Source of the DNA: Vicugna vicugna
Lineage: Eukaryota
Reading direction: 5' to 3'
NCBI GenBank assembly: GCA_013265495.1
Contig: MU061560.1
Coordinates: forward strand, 434,001 to 498,000
Length of the DNA stretch: 64,000 nucleotides
Shown here piece after piece: positions 1-12,919 of this stretch. Numbering within the stretch: position 1 is the stretch's first letter; every line of letters starts with the position of its first letter. A model generated the notes under the pieces. The model worked only from the letters and a program-made list of their open reading frames with translations, ran no database searches and was not told the DNA's origin. Both the position numbers and the translations under genes were made by a program.

Positions 1-285
1 CAGTGTTTCTACATTGACAGGGTGATATTTGGGACAAAATGGAAGTGGAGCTTGTATAACCTATTCTGAATTCTGTAATGAGCAGGCATGTACTTGATGA
101 AGGAATTCAGTTATTTGTAAACCTTAAGATTTTAAAAAAGCAAAACAGGACTTCTCCCCTTTTCATGTATTCTACATTGTTATCAGAAAGTTACTTTTAG
201 CTGAACATGTAATTTCTATCAAGAAAAACTGTCATTTTAAAAAGTATTCTATTTCAGCATTGCTTATGGATTTTTTTGTTTGTTT

Positions 286-779
286 TGGGGTGGGAAGCCC
301 CATGAAAAAGATGGCAGGACCCCCAGGCAGGGCCACTACTCTCCTGCCAGCACCACTTTGTTCCCTGGCCCAGCGGCATTATCTCGCTTTTTAACTCTGA
401 AATGGCTTACTTCTAGGAAAGTGGAACTTATTGGTTCCCTGAGCTGACTCCTGTTTGGTCCATTTGTAGTGCCTCATTTTATGGAGCTAACTCCTGATTG
501 GTCCGTTTGTATCACTCCTGATTGGTCCATTTCTACAAAACTCGTTCCTAATTAGTCAACTTTGTTACACCTTATTTGCATATGATGTTGCAAAGTGTAG
601 ACTGGCAGCCTATAAAAGCCTGTGTAAACCTACAGACGGGGTCCAGAGCTTGGAGTGTTAACTCCTCTGGGCCTGCTGGCGTAATAAACCTGAGTTCTCC
701 AGCCCTCCGAGTGCTGCTTGGTTTCTCACCTGGATCCAGGTTGCTGTCACAACTGAGCTGTAACACACTTTGCTGCAAA
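286..779 (+). mobile_element. ERV1-class solo LTR
   Basis: Starts with TG, contains repeated ctcctgattggtcc (CCAAT-box) units, TATAAAA at about 611 and AATAAA at about 683. Possible 4-bp TSD gttt (282-285 / 780-783). Confidence 0.75.
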
Positions 780-799
780 GTTTGGTTTTGGATTTTTAA

Positions 800-1045
800 A
801 AATGGCAGTATATAGTTGATTTACAATATTATGTTAGTTTCAGGTGTATAGCATAGTGATTAATTTTTTTCTTTCTGTTTATATTCCGTTATAGGTTATT
901 ACAAAGTAGTGAATATAGTTCCCTGTGCTGTACAGTAAATTCTTGTTGCTTATCTACTTTATATATGATAGTTTATATCTGTCAACCCCATATTCCTAAT
1001 TTGCCCTTCTCTCCCTCCCTCTCCCCTTCAATATCCGTAAGTTTT
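800..1045 (-). mobile_element. L1 3' UTR fragment
   Basis: Typical laurasiatherian L1 3' end in reverse: atagttgatttacaatatt...aatatagttccctgtgctgtacagta. Confidence 0.85.
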
Positions 1046-2574
1046 GTTTGTTTGTTTGTTTTAACTAGAAATCAGAGTTACAGGAAAGAGAACTATTGTG
1101 AGATATTTTATCTTTTAGCCAAAGTGTGTCTAGGGTTATTTTTGTCCATTAACTTAATTCAGTACCACCACAACCAAAATAATAATGCTTAAAGGTGTTA
1201 TGATCCTCTTAAGGTGGGGTACTGCAGTAATTAGATGACTTTTCTTATCACTTAAAACTGTTACCATTTTGGAACTAGTCTATCCAATGCCACAAGCATA
1301 CATCACAACTATACTATAGTGTGTATAGGAAGTTTCTAGCATCGAATTGCTAGGGTCTTTTGCAAGAAAAGACAGCCTTGCTTGGTCTATCAAATTAATA
1401 TGGAATAAAATGCACTGTTAGAGCATTTGATGAACTTTGTGATGTCTTCTGAGGACCCAGCACTCAAGGGTTGAGTTTTGTGGATATGTGTTTATGTGTG
1501 AGTGTGCTCGGCTATTTCATTAAACATAGCATATTAAGCACTATTAAAAAATGTTACATTGTTACTTGTGCCCAGAACAGCATGTAGCGTATGCAAATAG
1601 AATGCAAATTTCGAGGAAACCAGAGTCCTAGGGTTGAGCGGGACCTTGGGAGAGTGTGTAGTGTTTCCATCTGCCAGCTCTGTTCTCAGGAGCTGGGATG
1701 AATTGTTCTGCTATTGAAATTAAATAACTAAATTATTAATAATTAAATTCAGTAATGACAGGATTGCTTTCCTTTCTGTTAGACAATTAATACGATTTCC
1801 TCATTAAAATTTTTTTTTCACTCAGTTTCTTTTTTAAACCTTTATCATTTCCTGCCATTTGTCTGCTTGGGAGCACTAACTGAATTCAGGGTGAATTCAA
1901 ACACTGTACAAATGAATGCAGATTAACAGAAAAACTCAAACAGCTTATATTTTGTGGCCTTGTTTGCTCGTGGCTGTAACTTTTTTTTATTTCTAATAGG
2001 TATAATATAATTATATTTTCTGCTAGTAAGTCCCCTGTGTGTGATAAAACTGAACTTAGTTGGTAAATCAGTACTTTATTTTATCCCACAGAAACATATT
2101 CAGCAAAGAACATCATGAATTTCAAGTACTCCATCACCCCAGTTACTGGAACTAGTGATCTGGTCCAGTGTTCTTACTTACCAATGAGTCCCAGAAAGAT
2201 TTAATGACTTGATTAAGGTCATCCCCAAAAATCAGTGGTAGGGTTAGGGCTCTGTCATACAGCTTCTAAATACATACTCATGGTTCTGGATTTGACAGCA
2301 ATACTTCACAGGTAGGATAACTGAATTTGAAGGGACTATTTTATTTGGGAAGGATTTACTTATTCACTAATGTAATTCCCATTTTTACAGATGAAACAGG
2401 AAACAGGCTCATAGAGTTTAAGGGATTTGTCTAAAGATTGCTAATAGAGTTTCTCTGCTAGTTAAAGCAGCAGCCAGGTTTTGCACTGAAATTGCTGGTC
2501 CTTTCTTCATAATACTGGCTTTGGTAGTAGAGAAATCACCAACAGGAATGATGATGTGTTCAGAAATCTCTTAA

Positions 2575-2690
2575 ATGTGACATTGAATATGTATATATGT
2601 TCATGTATACCTGAAAAATTGTGCTCTACACTGGGATTTGACACAACATTCTAAAATGACTATAAGTCTATAAAAAAAGTTAAAAAAAAA
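2575..2690 (+). mobile_element. Short young L1 3' end with poly(A)
   Basis: L1 3' terminus followed by an A-tail. TSD agaaatctctt at 2562-2572 and 2690-2700. Confidence 0.85.
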
Positions 2691-3102
2691 GAAATCTCTT
2701 GAGTCATTGACTCACTAGAATTAAAATTTTTCAGAGATTTAGATGGCCAGCGGATGGTTATTTGAAAGAGATTATCAGTTTGGTTGGTAAATTTGTGGTT
2801 ATTTGGGGATGTTTAACTATTGCTATTATAAGGATCACAAAAAATATTTTTAAGGCACTTAAAGATGCTTCTACATTTGGATTTATCTCCTTCAACAAAA
2901 ATAAAGATTTGAGAAAGCAAGCATGTGTATTTAAAAATCTAAAAGTATTTTCAAGGAAAATAGATATTTGTTTTGAAATAAATTAGACCATCTCAGATCA
3001 GTATGAGAAACTAAAACATTGATTATGCAGCTGACTCAATTTAAAGTGTCTTATTTACTCACAGAATACTTTCCCGCTATAATTTTTCTATTCCCGCTAT
3101 TT

Positions 3103-3524
3103 CTTTTTTTTTTTATTGAGTTATAGTCAGTTTACAAATTGTGTCAGTTTCTGGTGTACAGCACAATACTTCAGTCATACATGAATATGCATATATTCAT
3201 TTTCTTATTCTTTTTCACCATGAGCTACTTCAAGACATTGAATATATTTCCCTGTGCTATACATTATAAACTTGTTTATCTATTTTACACATTACCAGTC
3301 AGTATCTGCAAATCTCGAACTCCCAGTTTATCCCTTCCCCCTCCCCTCCCCACTGGCAACCACAAGTGTGTATTCTATGTCTGTGAGTCTGTTTCTGTTT
3401 TATATATAAATTCATTTGTCTTTTCTTTTTTTTTTTTGGATTCCACTTATGAGTGATGTCATATATTTTTCTTTCTCTTTCTGACTTACTTCACTTAGAA
3501 TGACATTCTCCAGGGACATCCAGG
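3103..3524 (-). mobile_element. Young camelid-type L1 3' end
   Basis: T-run, then ttattgagttatagtcagtttaca through to the ORF2 end. TSD-like ttccc(g/t)ctataatttt flanks. Confidence 0.9.
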
Positions 3525-3930
3525 TTCCCTCTATAATTTTTCAGTTCTTTGAATTCTCCATATGATATTTAAAAGAAAGTTCTTATTTTTGAAAAGAAGC
3601 TCCACTGGTTAAAAACTAGACTATCAGCCACATAGTGTCTAAATGCAGATGGTCAGATAGATGCTGGGACTCATAAAGACCTAAGAATGGGTGCAGGGTG
3701 ACTGGAGTGTGCTCAGTGTGTGAAAATCCATTGAGCATGGTGTGTGCACTCTTCTCTGTGTGTGTTCTACTTCCATTGAAGCTTGGAAAAGTGAAACCAC
3801 CTTCGGAGCAGATATATTTCTTGAATGGTTAACCTTAACTTTAAAAATTTAATATTGTCATTAAGTGGAGTAATTATTTTGCAGCTTTCCCACAACTCTT
3901 CCTCTTTAACATTTGAAGATTGACCTTTGT

Positions 3931-4091
3931 TTTTTCTTTAAAATTTTTTTGGTTTCATTTATTCTATTTTATTTATTTGGGGGGGTAGTTAGGTTTGTTT
4001 GCTTGTTTGCTTTGGTGGAGGTACTGGGGATTGAACCCGGAACCTCGTGCATGCAAAGCCCACACTCTACCACTGAGCTCTGCCCTCCCCC
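3931..4091 (-). mobile_element. tRNA-Ala-derived SINE (Vic-1 type)
   Basis: Reverse complement of the tRNA-Ala-like head plus aaacctaa-type tail. 17-bp TSD tgaagatt(g/t)acctttgt at 3914-3930 / 4094-4110. Confidence 0.92.
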
Positions 4092-4399
4092 ACTGAAGAT
4101 TTACCTTTGTACAAAATCTGTATTGAAGGTGTCATTATGAAATAAATAGCAGGAGGTGGTATAGCTGTGACAGAGGGATATAGGAGCTGCTAGGAAGAAG
4201 AGACCATGTCTTTCTGGACAGTTTATGAAGTAAAAATAGACATTTCTGAAGGATTAGTGAGAGGGTATCAAACAAAGAATAAGGGAGAGAAACAGACTGT
4301 GAGTGAAGGAGACGGCACCTATGTGAGACAGGAGCTCGGAGGTGTTCCTGACCCCAGACTTTGATAATATGTGCTGTGTGTAAATCTCCGTCAGAGTGC

Positions 4400-4850
4400 T
4401 GTTCACATTATGCTGTATTTTTATTTACTTGATTGTCATGATGGGAGACTGGGGCCTCCAAGGGCTAGGACTGGTCTTATCCTCCCCAGTGCTTGGAATA
4501 TAATAAGTGACCAATAAATGCTTGCTGAAGAAGGAAGGTGTGCGACAGCATGTGTGGGAAACATCTAACCATTTGGTGGGGCTCCAGAGTCAGGCATGGT
4601 GTGGGCATTGGTCAGACATGGAGCTGGATACACTTGAGTGTGGAGCCTGGCTATATGCCACGCTGAAGAGTTTGGATTCACCCTATAAGGAGTTGTCCGG
4701 CCACTGAGGATTTCTGAGAGGGCGAGGGTGGTGAGCAGATTTATGATTGAGAGCAATGCTGAAGGTAGACTGGAGGAAGGGAGAGGCTGGCGCTGGTCAG
4801 GAGGCTGCAGGATGTGTACACACTGAGCGTGTGTGAGACAGCCTAGGTGC
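4400..4850. mobile_element. Degraded L2 fragments
   Basis: L2-like motifs ccccagtgcttggaata...caataaatgcttgctga and gagtttggattcaccctata. Confidence 0.5.
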
Positions 4851-5449
4851 TGGGAGGAGTGGAACTTCTGTTTATTGTTTACAAAGTAAGCCTAAGTAAC
4901 ATTTATTATACATGTTGAAAAATTATCATTTTATATGTTAATGGTGACTTCCTCTTCCGAATGTCACACTGTCACTTGTCACATCCCATATGGTCGGGAA
5001 GGCTTCCTGAGAGGAGGAGGGCCATTCCATGACTCCTAGGGATGGCAAGGCCTTGTTTTGCCCTTTCCTTTTAGCATTTTGCCAAACGTTGTAGTTTACA
5101 TGTGCTTGGTTTAGCGAACATACAGAACATATTGCTTAGTTTTAACTCATCTCTCGTAAGATGACACGTGTTATCAAATTCAAATACTCTCTTAAACCAC
5201 AGTAAGCCTCCCAGTACAAGACACATGAACAATACGAACAATAAGTAAGTAGCAGGGCTCATACTTCCGCAACTGAGTCATATTGGGATGTGAGAACAGT
5301 GACTGTCTAACCCGACAGGACAAGGAGGTGACCAAGAACACAAAATCAGAATCGCCACGGAGATTCTTTGAAGTCTGACTTTACGTTTACTCTTGCTAAG
5401 GATGAACTTTGGCTTAAGTCTTATCATGCCTTGAGATTTCGTTACCTGA

Positions 5450-5695
5450 TACTATGACACCGATATTTAAAACTGCTTTTCGTGCTGTCTTTGTGTCCTA
5501 TTGAAAAGCTCTATTTTTGTGTATTTTATAATATATTAGTACAACCGTGCATGTTATAGAATTTATAAATGTACATTCCTGGGGTTGCAGAGTCAAAAGT
5601 TTTAATGATAATAAAAAATTAAATAAGTAAATAAGTAAATAAATAAATAAATGTTTTAATAAGTTGTATGATGAAAAAATATTGAGATGATTGGT
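5450..5695. mobile_element. hAT-Charlie-like terminal fragment
   Basis: Resembles the terminal region of the Charlie-like element at 51.9-52.1 kb. Confidence 0.4.
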
Positions 5696-5789
5696 TTAGG
5701 GAAGGATCCTGAAAAACAGGCAAGGCAGTGTTTAGATTCGACTAGGTATTATGGACTATTTGGTTTCTTTTACGTATGTTATATGATAC

Positions 5790-5930
5790 AATATTAACGA
5801 TAATCCTGTGAAATGCCATCTTACAGATGGCAAGACTGAGGCTCAGAGAAGTTCAGTACCTTGTCCAAGATCACAAATTCTGTATTTCAGCATAGGTCTC
5901 TTACTTTAAAACCCACGTTCTTTCTACATA
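5790..5930 (-). mobile_element. MIR SINE
   Basis: Core catcttacagatggcaagactgaggctcagagaagtt...ttgtccaagatcaca. Confidence 0.8.
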
Positions 5931-7477
5931 TTGTTTCTGTTTGGGCATTTGAAAATGCTTCTGGCTGAGATAAAGAACACAAGGTAACTCATTTTCTCCA
6001 GTAGAGTACTAGTGAATTTTTAATGAAGTTATATTTAAAACAACACTGCTTATCCTTTTATCCTTTCTATTAGATGACATCTAATTCAGACATGATGTGT
6101 GTTATTTGTTTCTGTGTCTGGGGGGTCCATAACTTACCCATCATGTTCAAAGTTAATGTTGATTCTTCTAAGTTTGTGTTTGATAATAGAATACTCAGTT
6201 AGGAGAAAACACTTACCCTTGCGAAATTATCGTATTTTGAATTAGGAATATATGGGAAAAATGATAATAACTATCCATACATTTAAAACTGATATAAGTA
6301 CAAATTTACTGATTTTTTTTGCCCTTTTCAGATAAACGTTTTCATGGTCCCCTATGATTCATGTATCTCCAGACTTACAACAGAAGCTTTCAAAAGATTT
6401 CTTCAGTCTTAGAAGCTAAGATGAAAACGCCACAGTGCTTACGAGGTTTTCACCTGATGAGTTTAATAGTCATAATTCCATTTATTTATCTGTTTCTCTG
6501 ATTCTTTTGTTGTCTTTTTGCCAGGTAGTTTATTTATCTGTTGTGAATTTATACAACTAGCAGAGTGGGATTTGAATCCACGTGTTTGCGCAGAGCCCTG
6601 AGAGATGCTATAAAGATGCACAGAAGCCTTATTCCAAGAATGCTGTGCGTTTTTTAAATGGAAGTACCTGCTTCTCTGGTTCCCAGTTTATGCCCTTTGC
6701 CCTGGGACTATTACCTTTCTTTCTGGCTTTTTAAAGGTTTTTCACTGTGACTTTTTCAGTTATGGATTTGGTTTGGTTTCTGTATAGTATCGGATGGTTA
6801 AACAACAGGTGAACACTGCATGTCTGTCATAGGAAGGCTGGTAGAAAAGTTAGCTTCCATTTCCGGTGCAGCAGCCTTAAGTAGCTTCACCGCTTGTTCC
6901 ATGGTCCGCCTTTGCTGGGGAGTCTCAAATACAGTGGTGCATGAAAAATTCCAAGTGCTCAATAACTAATTGTTATTACTATATTATTTTTTTTTCTGTA
7001 TTTGACTTTCCTTTTTCTGGTTCAAGGCCATTAACTTTCACTATAATTCACTTAGACATTCTCTCCAGGGTTTGCTCACCTTTAAAACCAATGCCATTGA
7101 AATCCTGCCACGCACCACATCAGTTATTAAAAATCATCACTCCTGCGTGCCTTCTTTTTCAATCTGTGAGGAAGCCACCATATGCTTTTATTTAAAATGA
7201 AACTTAGCTTTTGTCCATCTATTTCTAAAAGTAGACAAAAGGCTGGAGGCAGTTTACAAGTGCAAAAATGCCTGGGACTCTACGTACTGTGCACACACCG
7301 TCCATTGTTTTAAGAAAGTAGAACCAGGGTCCTAGTAAGGGAGGGAATGCAGTCAGCACTTGCCTGGCACAGCACCTCGCTGCTTAGTCAAAATAGAGTG
7401 TTTTTTTTTCCCTGCTGTATCATTTTATTATAATTCCATTATGATAGTGACATATAGTCACTTAGAAGTCCTCCATA

Positions 7478-7621
7478 ACTATATTCAATATCTTGTAGTA
7501 ACCTTTAATGAAAAAGAATATGAAAATGAATACATGCATGCCTATGCACGACCGGGACACTGCCCTGCACACCAGAAACTGACACATTGCAACTGACTGT
7601 ACTTCAGCTAAGAAAAAAAAA
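7478..7621 (+). mobile_element. L1 3' end with poly(A)
   Basis: aactatattcaatatcttgtagtaacc...actgactgtacttca followed by an A-tail. Confidence 0.85.
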
Positions 7622-8903
7622 GGAATTCTTCCATGGCTCAGCCAGGATTAGATACCAGAAGGCATAACTTGAGGGGCAGGTGATAATCTTATTCATGTCT
7701 AATCTCCAGAGACAAAATAGAATGTATTAATCCCCATTTTACACTGGAGAAAACTAGGCTTCGGAGGATATAAATAAGAGGCTGTTTAAGGTTGTGCCCC
7801 TAGTAACTGACAAAGAGGGGGTTGATTGTGACTCTGGTACCCTTGTTGTACTTTTGCTTGAAAAAGATAACATATGCATATATATGTATATATACATGCA
7901 TATATATAAAAGCCTTACTTGGTGTCTGTCACATATTAGATTCTTTTTAAAAAAATATAGTTGATTTTAAATTGAAATATAATTGATGTAGATTCTTAAT
8001 AAGTGTAGATTCCCTTCTCTCTCTCGCTCTTTTTCTGAACTTTTCTACCTTTCGATGAAGCAATTAATTAAAAAAAAAAGATGCAGAGGGGTTAACAACT
8101 GTTTCCTCTCTTTGGGAGAAGGGGTAGGTTGAGGGCATGTCATGTCCTGCATTAACTCTCCGTGGCGAAACCCTGTCCCTTTTTGGCGAACACTCACAGA
8201 GAGCTTTTTTGTTTTGAAAGTAAATGGGAGCAGTGGAAAGCTGTAGAAAGCTACAGCCAATTTGACACCATTTTAGTAACAAGGGTTCTGTTAAAGGTGG
8301 GTTGGAAGAATTTTTTTCTTTAAATAAGCAAGCATTTCTAGAGCTTAGCTTTGTATAAGACAGGGAGACTCCTGACGCAAAGAAAGCAGTAAGGTGGGGG
8401 GTTCTGACAAGCTTTGCATAGTAGGTGCAGAGATGTGTTAAGTGTGTCTCATGGGGACCCTTGAACGTAAGTGAATGGTTGGTGGGGTGCCGTTCACATA
8501 TGCTAGGTTGTGAATGCCCCCTTCACGTCCCCCAGAGTTGTGTAGCACGGTGGCCTTGAGTCTAATAGAGGGATAAATTCTAAGAAGAGTTCATTTTCTA
8601 CCTGTATGGGTCTTTATAAGTCTCTTGAAAATCCCATCTGTATGTTGTATCTTACCATTAAAAAAAAGTTTACAAATTGATGCATCTCTGGAAATGAAGT
8701 TTCTCTTAATTAAGACAAGCTTTGGTGGGAGGTAGAAGGCATCTGAATGCTGGAATCCAACGAGGGGGTGGGGGGCTCCTAGTCTGTGGCTCCTGCCTGG
8801 TGACTGAGGAAAGAATCTGTTGGCTCAGGGAATGGCCCGGGGCCCATGCCTTTCTGCCTCTTGAACGCCAGAAGTCAACGTTTACTCTAGTCATGTGAAC
8901 CCT

Positions 8904-8922
8904 GCGGCCACTAGGTGGCGGG
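8904..8922 (+). promoter_or_regulatory. CTCF binding motif
   Basis: gcggCCACTAGGTGGCGgg is a near-perfect match to the CTCF core CCASYAGRKGGCR. Confidence 0.75.
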
Positions 8923-9724
8923 ACAGAGGCAGAAATTCTAGGCAGGTTTGTAAGATTAGGGAACCTGGTCAGCCATACCTCGGGGTGGGAGGTGGGTGTC
9001 GCCAGTCAGGGTCCCAGAGGAAAAGAACTTGTGCCCTGGGGTTTATTTCTCTACTTAACTTATTTTGATTCTACCCCGGCTGATGAAGCTTCTGGCAATG
9101 GAATTTAGAATGTGTCACCTTAAAGGCATGAATCATAAAAATCTTAGCTTTCAGTAACTTTGCAGAACTCTACCATCTGGTTGGTGAGGCAGTGTTATAG
9201 ACCGTCATCTATACTGTTTTATAGATGCACGAACAGATGTCCACAGAGGTCGGCTTTCACAAGATCTCGATAGCAAGTCACCGGCTGGTCTTGATCTTTG
9301 AATTCCAGGTCTTTGTCAATTAAGCTGTTCTTAATTAAGTGCAGTCTATTTATGGAGTGAAATAGAGACTGAAAGATGTTCGAGGTTCTATCTTCTGGGT
9401 TTCCACAGTCCTGAATGTAGTCCCCATACAGCCAAAACCAGGCGCTGCTGGTGAGCAGGAGGCAATGACCAAATTTGCCAGTCTGCTGACTATAAGAAAA
9501 CAGCCTTCATTAGATCATCACTTAAAATGCAAAGCTGTCAAGTCGTAGCAGCTACCACATTGTGGTACTTGCAGGAGTGCGAGGACTGGCGGAGGAAGCC
9601 TACGTGTGTGCCTGGCGTGCATCACAACATATACCTGAAATTAACAGACTGCTTTCCCCTCTGTACCTACCCCTCCCGAATGACCTTTCTCACGTTTGTC
9701 TCTGGCTTTGACAGTTTATTAGTT

Positions 9725-10367
9725 ATCTGGGCATTAGCAGCCGCCCTCTGCAGCGGCTCGCTCGGGGCCGCCACCCACGACTCCTCCCTGCACCACCTGG
9801 GCTCCGCTTTCAGTAACAGCTCCTGCAGGAGTGCCAAGTGTCCTGGGGAAGCCACCCCGCACCATCTCTCATCTTCCCACAGCTGACCCGGACACTGGTG
9901 GGCTAGCTTCTCTTTCGGGAAGTCCACTCTCCCATTCTTGGCCACGGTGTTGGAGTCCCAGAGTGCTTGGAATCGCCCCAGACCCCTACTGGCACCATCA
10001 CTGGTGACCTGGCCCGGGAAACCATGGGGAAGCAGCAGCCTGGCGGCCAGCCTGGCAAAACCAACTCCGGGCTCCCGTCCTGAGTGGCCACCACCAGCTG
10101 CCAGGCTTCCTTCCAAGGCATTAGGCCCATCAGAGCCCCCCCACCGCCAGCCAATTCCCCTTCCCTTCCCTCCCCTCCGCTAGACTGAGCAAGCTATGGC
10201 CAGTAGAAACAGTTGGGTTCTTTAATATCAAAACAGCAAAACACAAAAAAGGAAGTTGAGAGAACCACTCTCTTTACTTCCCAAGCCACACAAGAGCCTT
10301 CCTGATACCTCATAACCTTGTGCCTTGCACCAAGTAGAAAATAAACTCCAGACATTTAAAAAAAAAA
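9725..10367 (+). pseudogene. PPDPF: Processed pseudogene of PPDPF (pancreatic progenitor cell differentiation and proliferation factor)
   Basis: Stitching frames gives (L)AAALCSGSLGAATHD...LGSAFSNSSCRSAKCPGEATPH / AD(P)GHWWASFSFGKSTLPFLATVLES / ...DLARETMGKQQPGGQPGKTNSGLPS* (stop 10081-10083). This matches PPDPF (MAAIPSSGSLVATHDYYRRRLGSTSSNSSC...DPGHWWASFFFGKSTLPFMATVLES). Intronless, ATG lost, about 3 frameshifts, AATAAA 10340-10345, A-tail 10358-10367, candidate TSD attagtt (9718-9724 / 10367-10373). Confidence 0.93.
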
Positions 10368-11042
10368 TTAGTTGAAACCAGTGTGCTGAGTGGGAGGGAA
10401 AACTTGCTTCTCAGGGGTCCATCCTTTTAAGCTGGCTTCCTTTACTTTGCAACAGCAATGGACTTTTTTAAAAAGTAGTGTTACTGTGTAAACTGAATGC
10501 ATAATTCTTTTTCACTTATTTTCAGAAGGAGAACGGTCCATAACTATGCTTCTGAGTAGTGGCTTTCAAACCTTTTAACCACAGCCCAGTACAACCCTCT
10601 ATGTGTACACGTGCATGGGTGTTCGTGTCTGAACTGAAATTGACTCCCTTTCTGTGCATTGATATACTCCACTATTTTCTGTCAGATCCACTCATGAGAT
10701 GCGACCACAGTTTGAAAAGTCTTCTGCCTTTAGAGAAAAAGATAAGAAAACATTCTTCTTTGCTTTGTTTTTCTGTCTTAACTGAAGAGCTCCAGGTTGG
10801 CAAATCCAGGGTCAGATTCAAAATGAGAACATTATACCCTTTGGAACCTGTAAGTTTGGATCCTAGACCTTGGTGCTTCCAGTGGTACTTGAGGGGCATT
10901 GACATTTCTGTCAGCTCCCCCCACACTTCCTTGTGCCACAGCTGGCTAAAGGTGGTGAGAACAAAAAAAAAAAATGCAACGTATGTGCTGTAAATCACAG
11001 CTAACATTTTTGCTAAAACTTTTACTCACCTTGTACTTCTTT

Positions 11043-11584
11043 TTTTGTTCTGCCTTTTCAGTTTTATTAGGTAGAATTATTACAATCCGACTGCACATAC
11101 ACATTATATTGCATGTAAATACACATATACAGTACACTGCACATTTACATATATGTACTAATTATTGTTTCTAAGAACAGATTAGATTTTTAGCTTTTTA
11201 AACTTACATAGTTATCAAAGGAATAAAGCCAACTACAAAATAAGACTCAACAGAATGCGGTGATCCAGTCATAAAGGGCAGTCAGATGTGCTTACACATA
11301 CTCAAGAAATCAAAATAATAATTAGTTTATTTGTGTCATTATTATTGTTATTATTTTTAGATCCCTCATATAAATGATGTCATATGGCATTTTTCTTTCT
11401 TTTTCCGGCCCACTTCACTTTGAATGACAATCTTCAGGTCCATCCATGTTGCTGCAAATGGCATTATTTTATTCTTTCTATGGCTGAATAGTATTCCATT
11501 GTATAAATATACCACATCTTCAGTCATCTATTGATGGACATTTGGGTTGTTTCCATGTCTTGGCTACTGAAAATAGCCAAGTAG
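11043..11584 (-). mobile_element. L1 (ORF2 end) with atypical 3' extension
   Basis: L1 ORF2-end sequence at 11350-11575. The extension ends in AATAAA (11063-11068, minus strand) and an A-run. Degenerate TSD tcaccttgtacttcttt / tcactctgtatttcttt. Confidence 0.8.
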
Positions 11585-12919
11585 TCACTCTGTATTTCTT
11601 TCATGGGTAGATTTTAACCTTAATTCTTGCAGTTCTGGGGTCAGTGGGCTTGTGTTAATTCACATCACCTAACAAGTCTACTTGAGACAACTTTGGAAAT
11701 TCAGTCATGAACTGTTGACTGAACTGATTTCTGTGTCGGCTGCTGATGGAACGGAGCAGCAGTGTTGACTGGTGCCTCTTGTTCATACCTTGGGATGTGT
11801 GATCTCATTTGCTCCCCATCACCCTGTGAGAGAAGAGGTGAAGTCATCTTCTTTACTCAAAATCATCACCGCCACTGAAAAACAAACAAGCAAATAAAAC
11901 CCAGGAATTCAAGAGGTTAGCTAGCTTGTTCAAAGCCACACAGCTGTAGGAGAGTGTAAACTTTCACCCCAGATCTGCCTTATTACTAAAAATTTTGATA
12001 CCAAAACCCTTCAGAATTAAAAATGTTAATGTCAGAAGTAAGTTTGGCGTGGATTAAGTACTAATTAAAACACATTCTTTGGGAGACAAATGAGTTTAAA
12101 GAGTATAGCACAAGAATCATTAAACTACCGTTGTTTAAAGGTACATAACCATTCTCAACTTTGCGCTTCAGATATTTAAGAAGCCTTTCATTTGGAGGAA
12201 CACTGATGCAGTCCCCACAAATACATTTTTTTTCTCTGTGCAGCAAACCCGGAAGCCAATGGTAAATGACTGTGTTTTATGGGTTGTCTTTTTTACTTTT
12301 TTTTTTTTCTGAAAAGCCTGTGAAATAGGGAAGCATGTGGTGGTGTCATTGGTGGCAACACAAAGATCCAAAAAGCTTGTATGGGAATTTAAATAAGAAC
12401 TCAGGTCTTCTGACCGCCTTGCCCACTTCTTTGCAGAAGTGTTAATACATGCGGGCAGAGTAATTGAATGCTTTGGGTAAAGGTTCAAGGTTTAAAATGG
12501 CAGAGGAAGAGGGCCACACAGCGTATTTGCTACTTGGGTTTAGAACGTGGCCATGTCAAGACCGTTTGGCCAGTGTTCTGCCAAGTGATCCCGTGAGGGA
12601 GAGCTTAAGTAAAAGCCTGCACTTACCAGCTATTTCATGTCGCCAGTAGCAGGTGGAAATACTCTTCAGGTTGTGATTTTCCCTTTCTGTCCCAAGTTTC
12701 TTTTAAAGTTTTTGCTAAGCACTTAAAATTTTGCACGTGACCCTATGAAACATACTATGTAAATAAACGGTGGATTAGCCGTGGTTTTTATGTGTGTTTG
12801 GTCTCATCCAGCTGAAATTCATGGTTCTACAAAAGATGAAAGAAGGAGGACAATTGTCAGTGGGGCACTAATATAACCATTGAAAAGTTGATTAAATAAT
12901 AAGAAGAATGGATAGGGTG

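Noticed and set aside
6305..6450. Possible internal exon after tactgat...cttttcag (6331)
   Set aside because: The acceptor is good, but I found no convincing donor or recognisable reading frame.
9667..10116. 149-aa minus-strand ORF
   Set aside because: It is the antisense shadow of the GC-rich PPDPF pseudogene.
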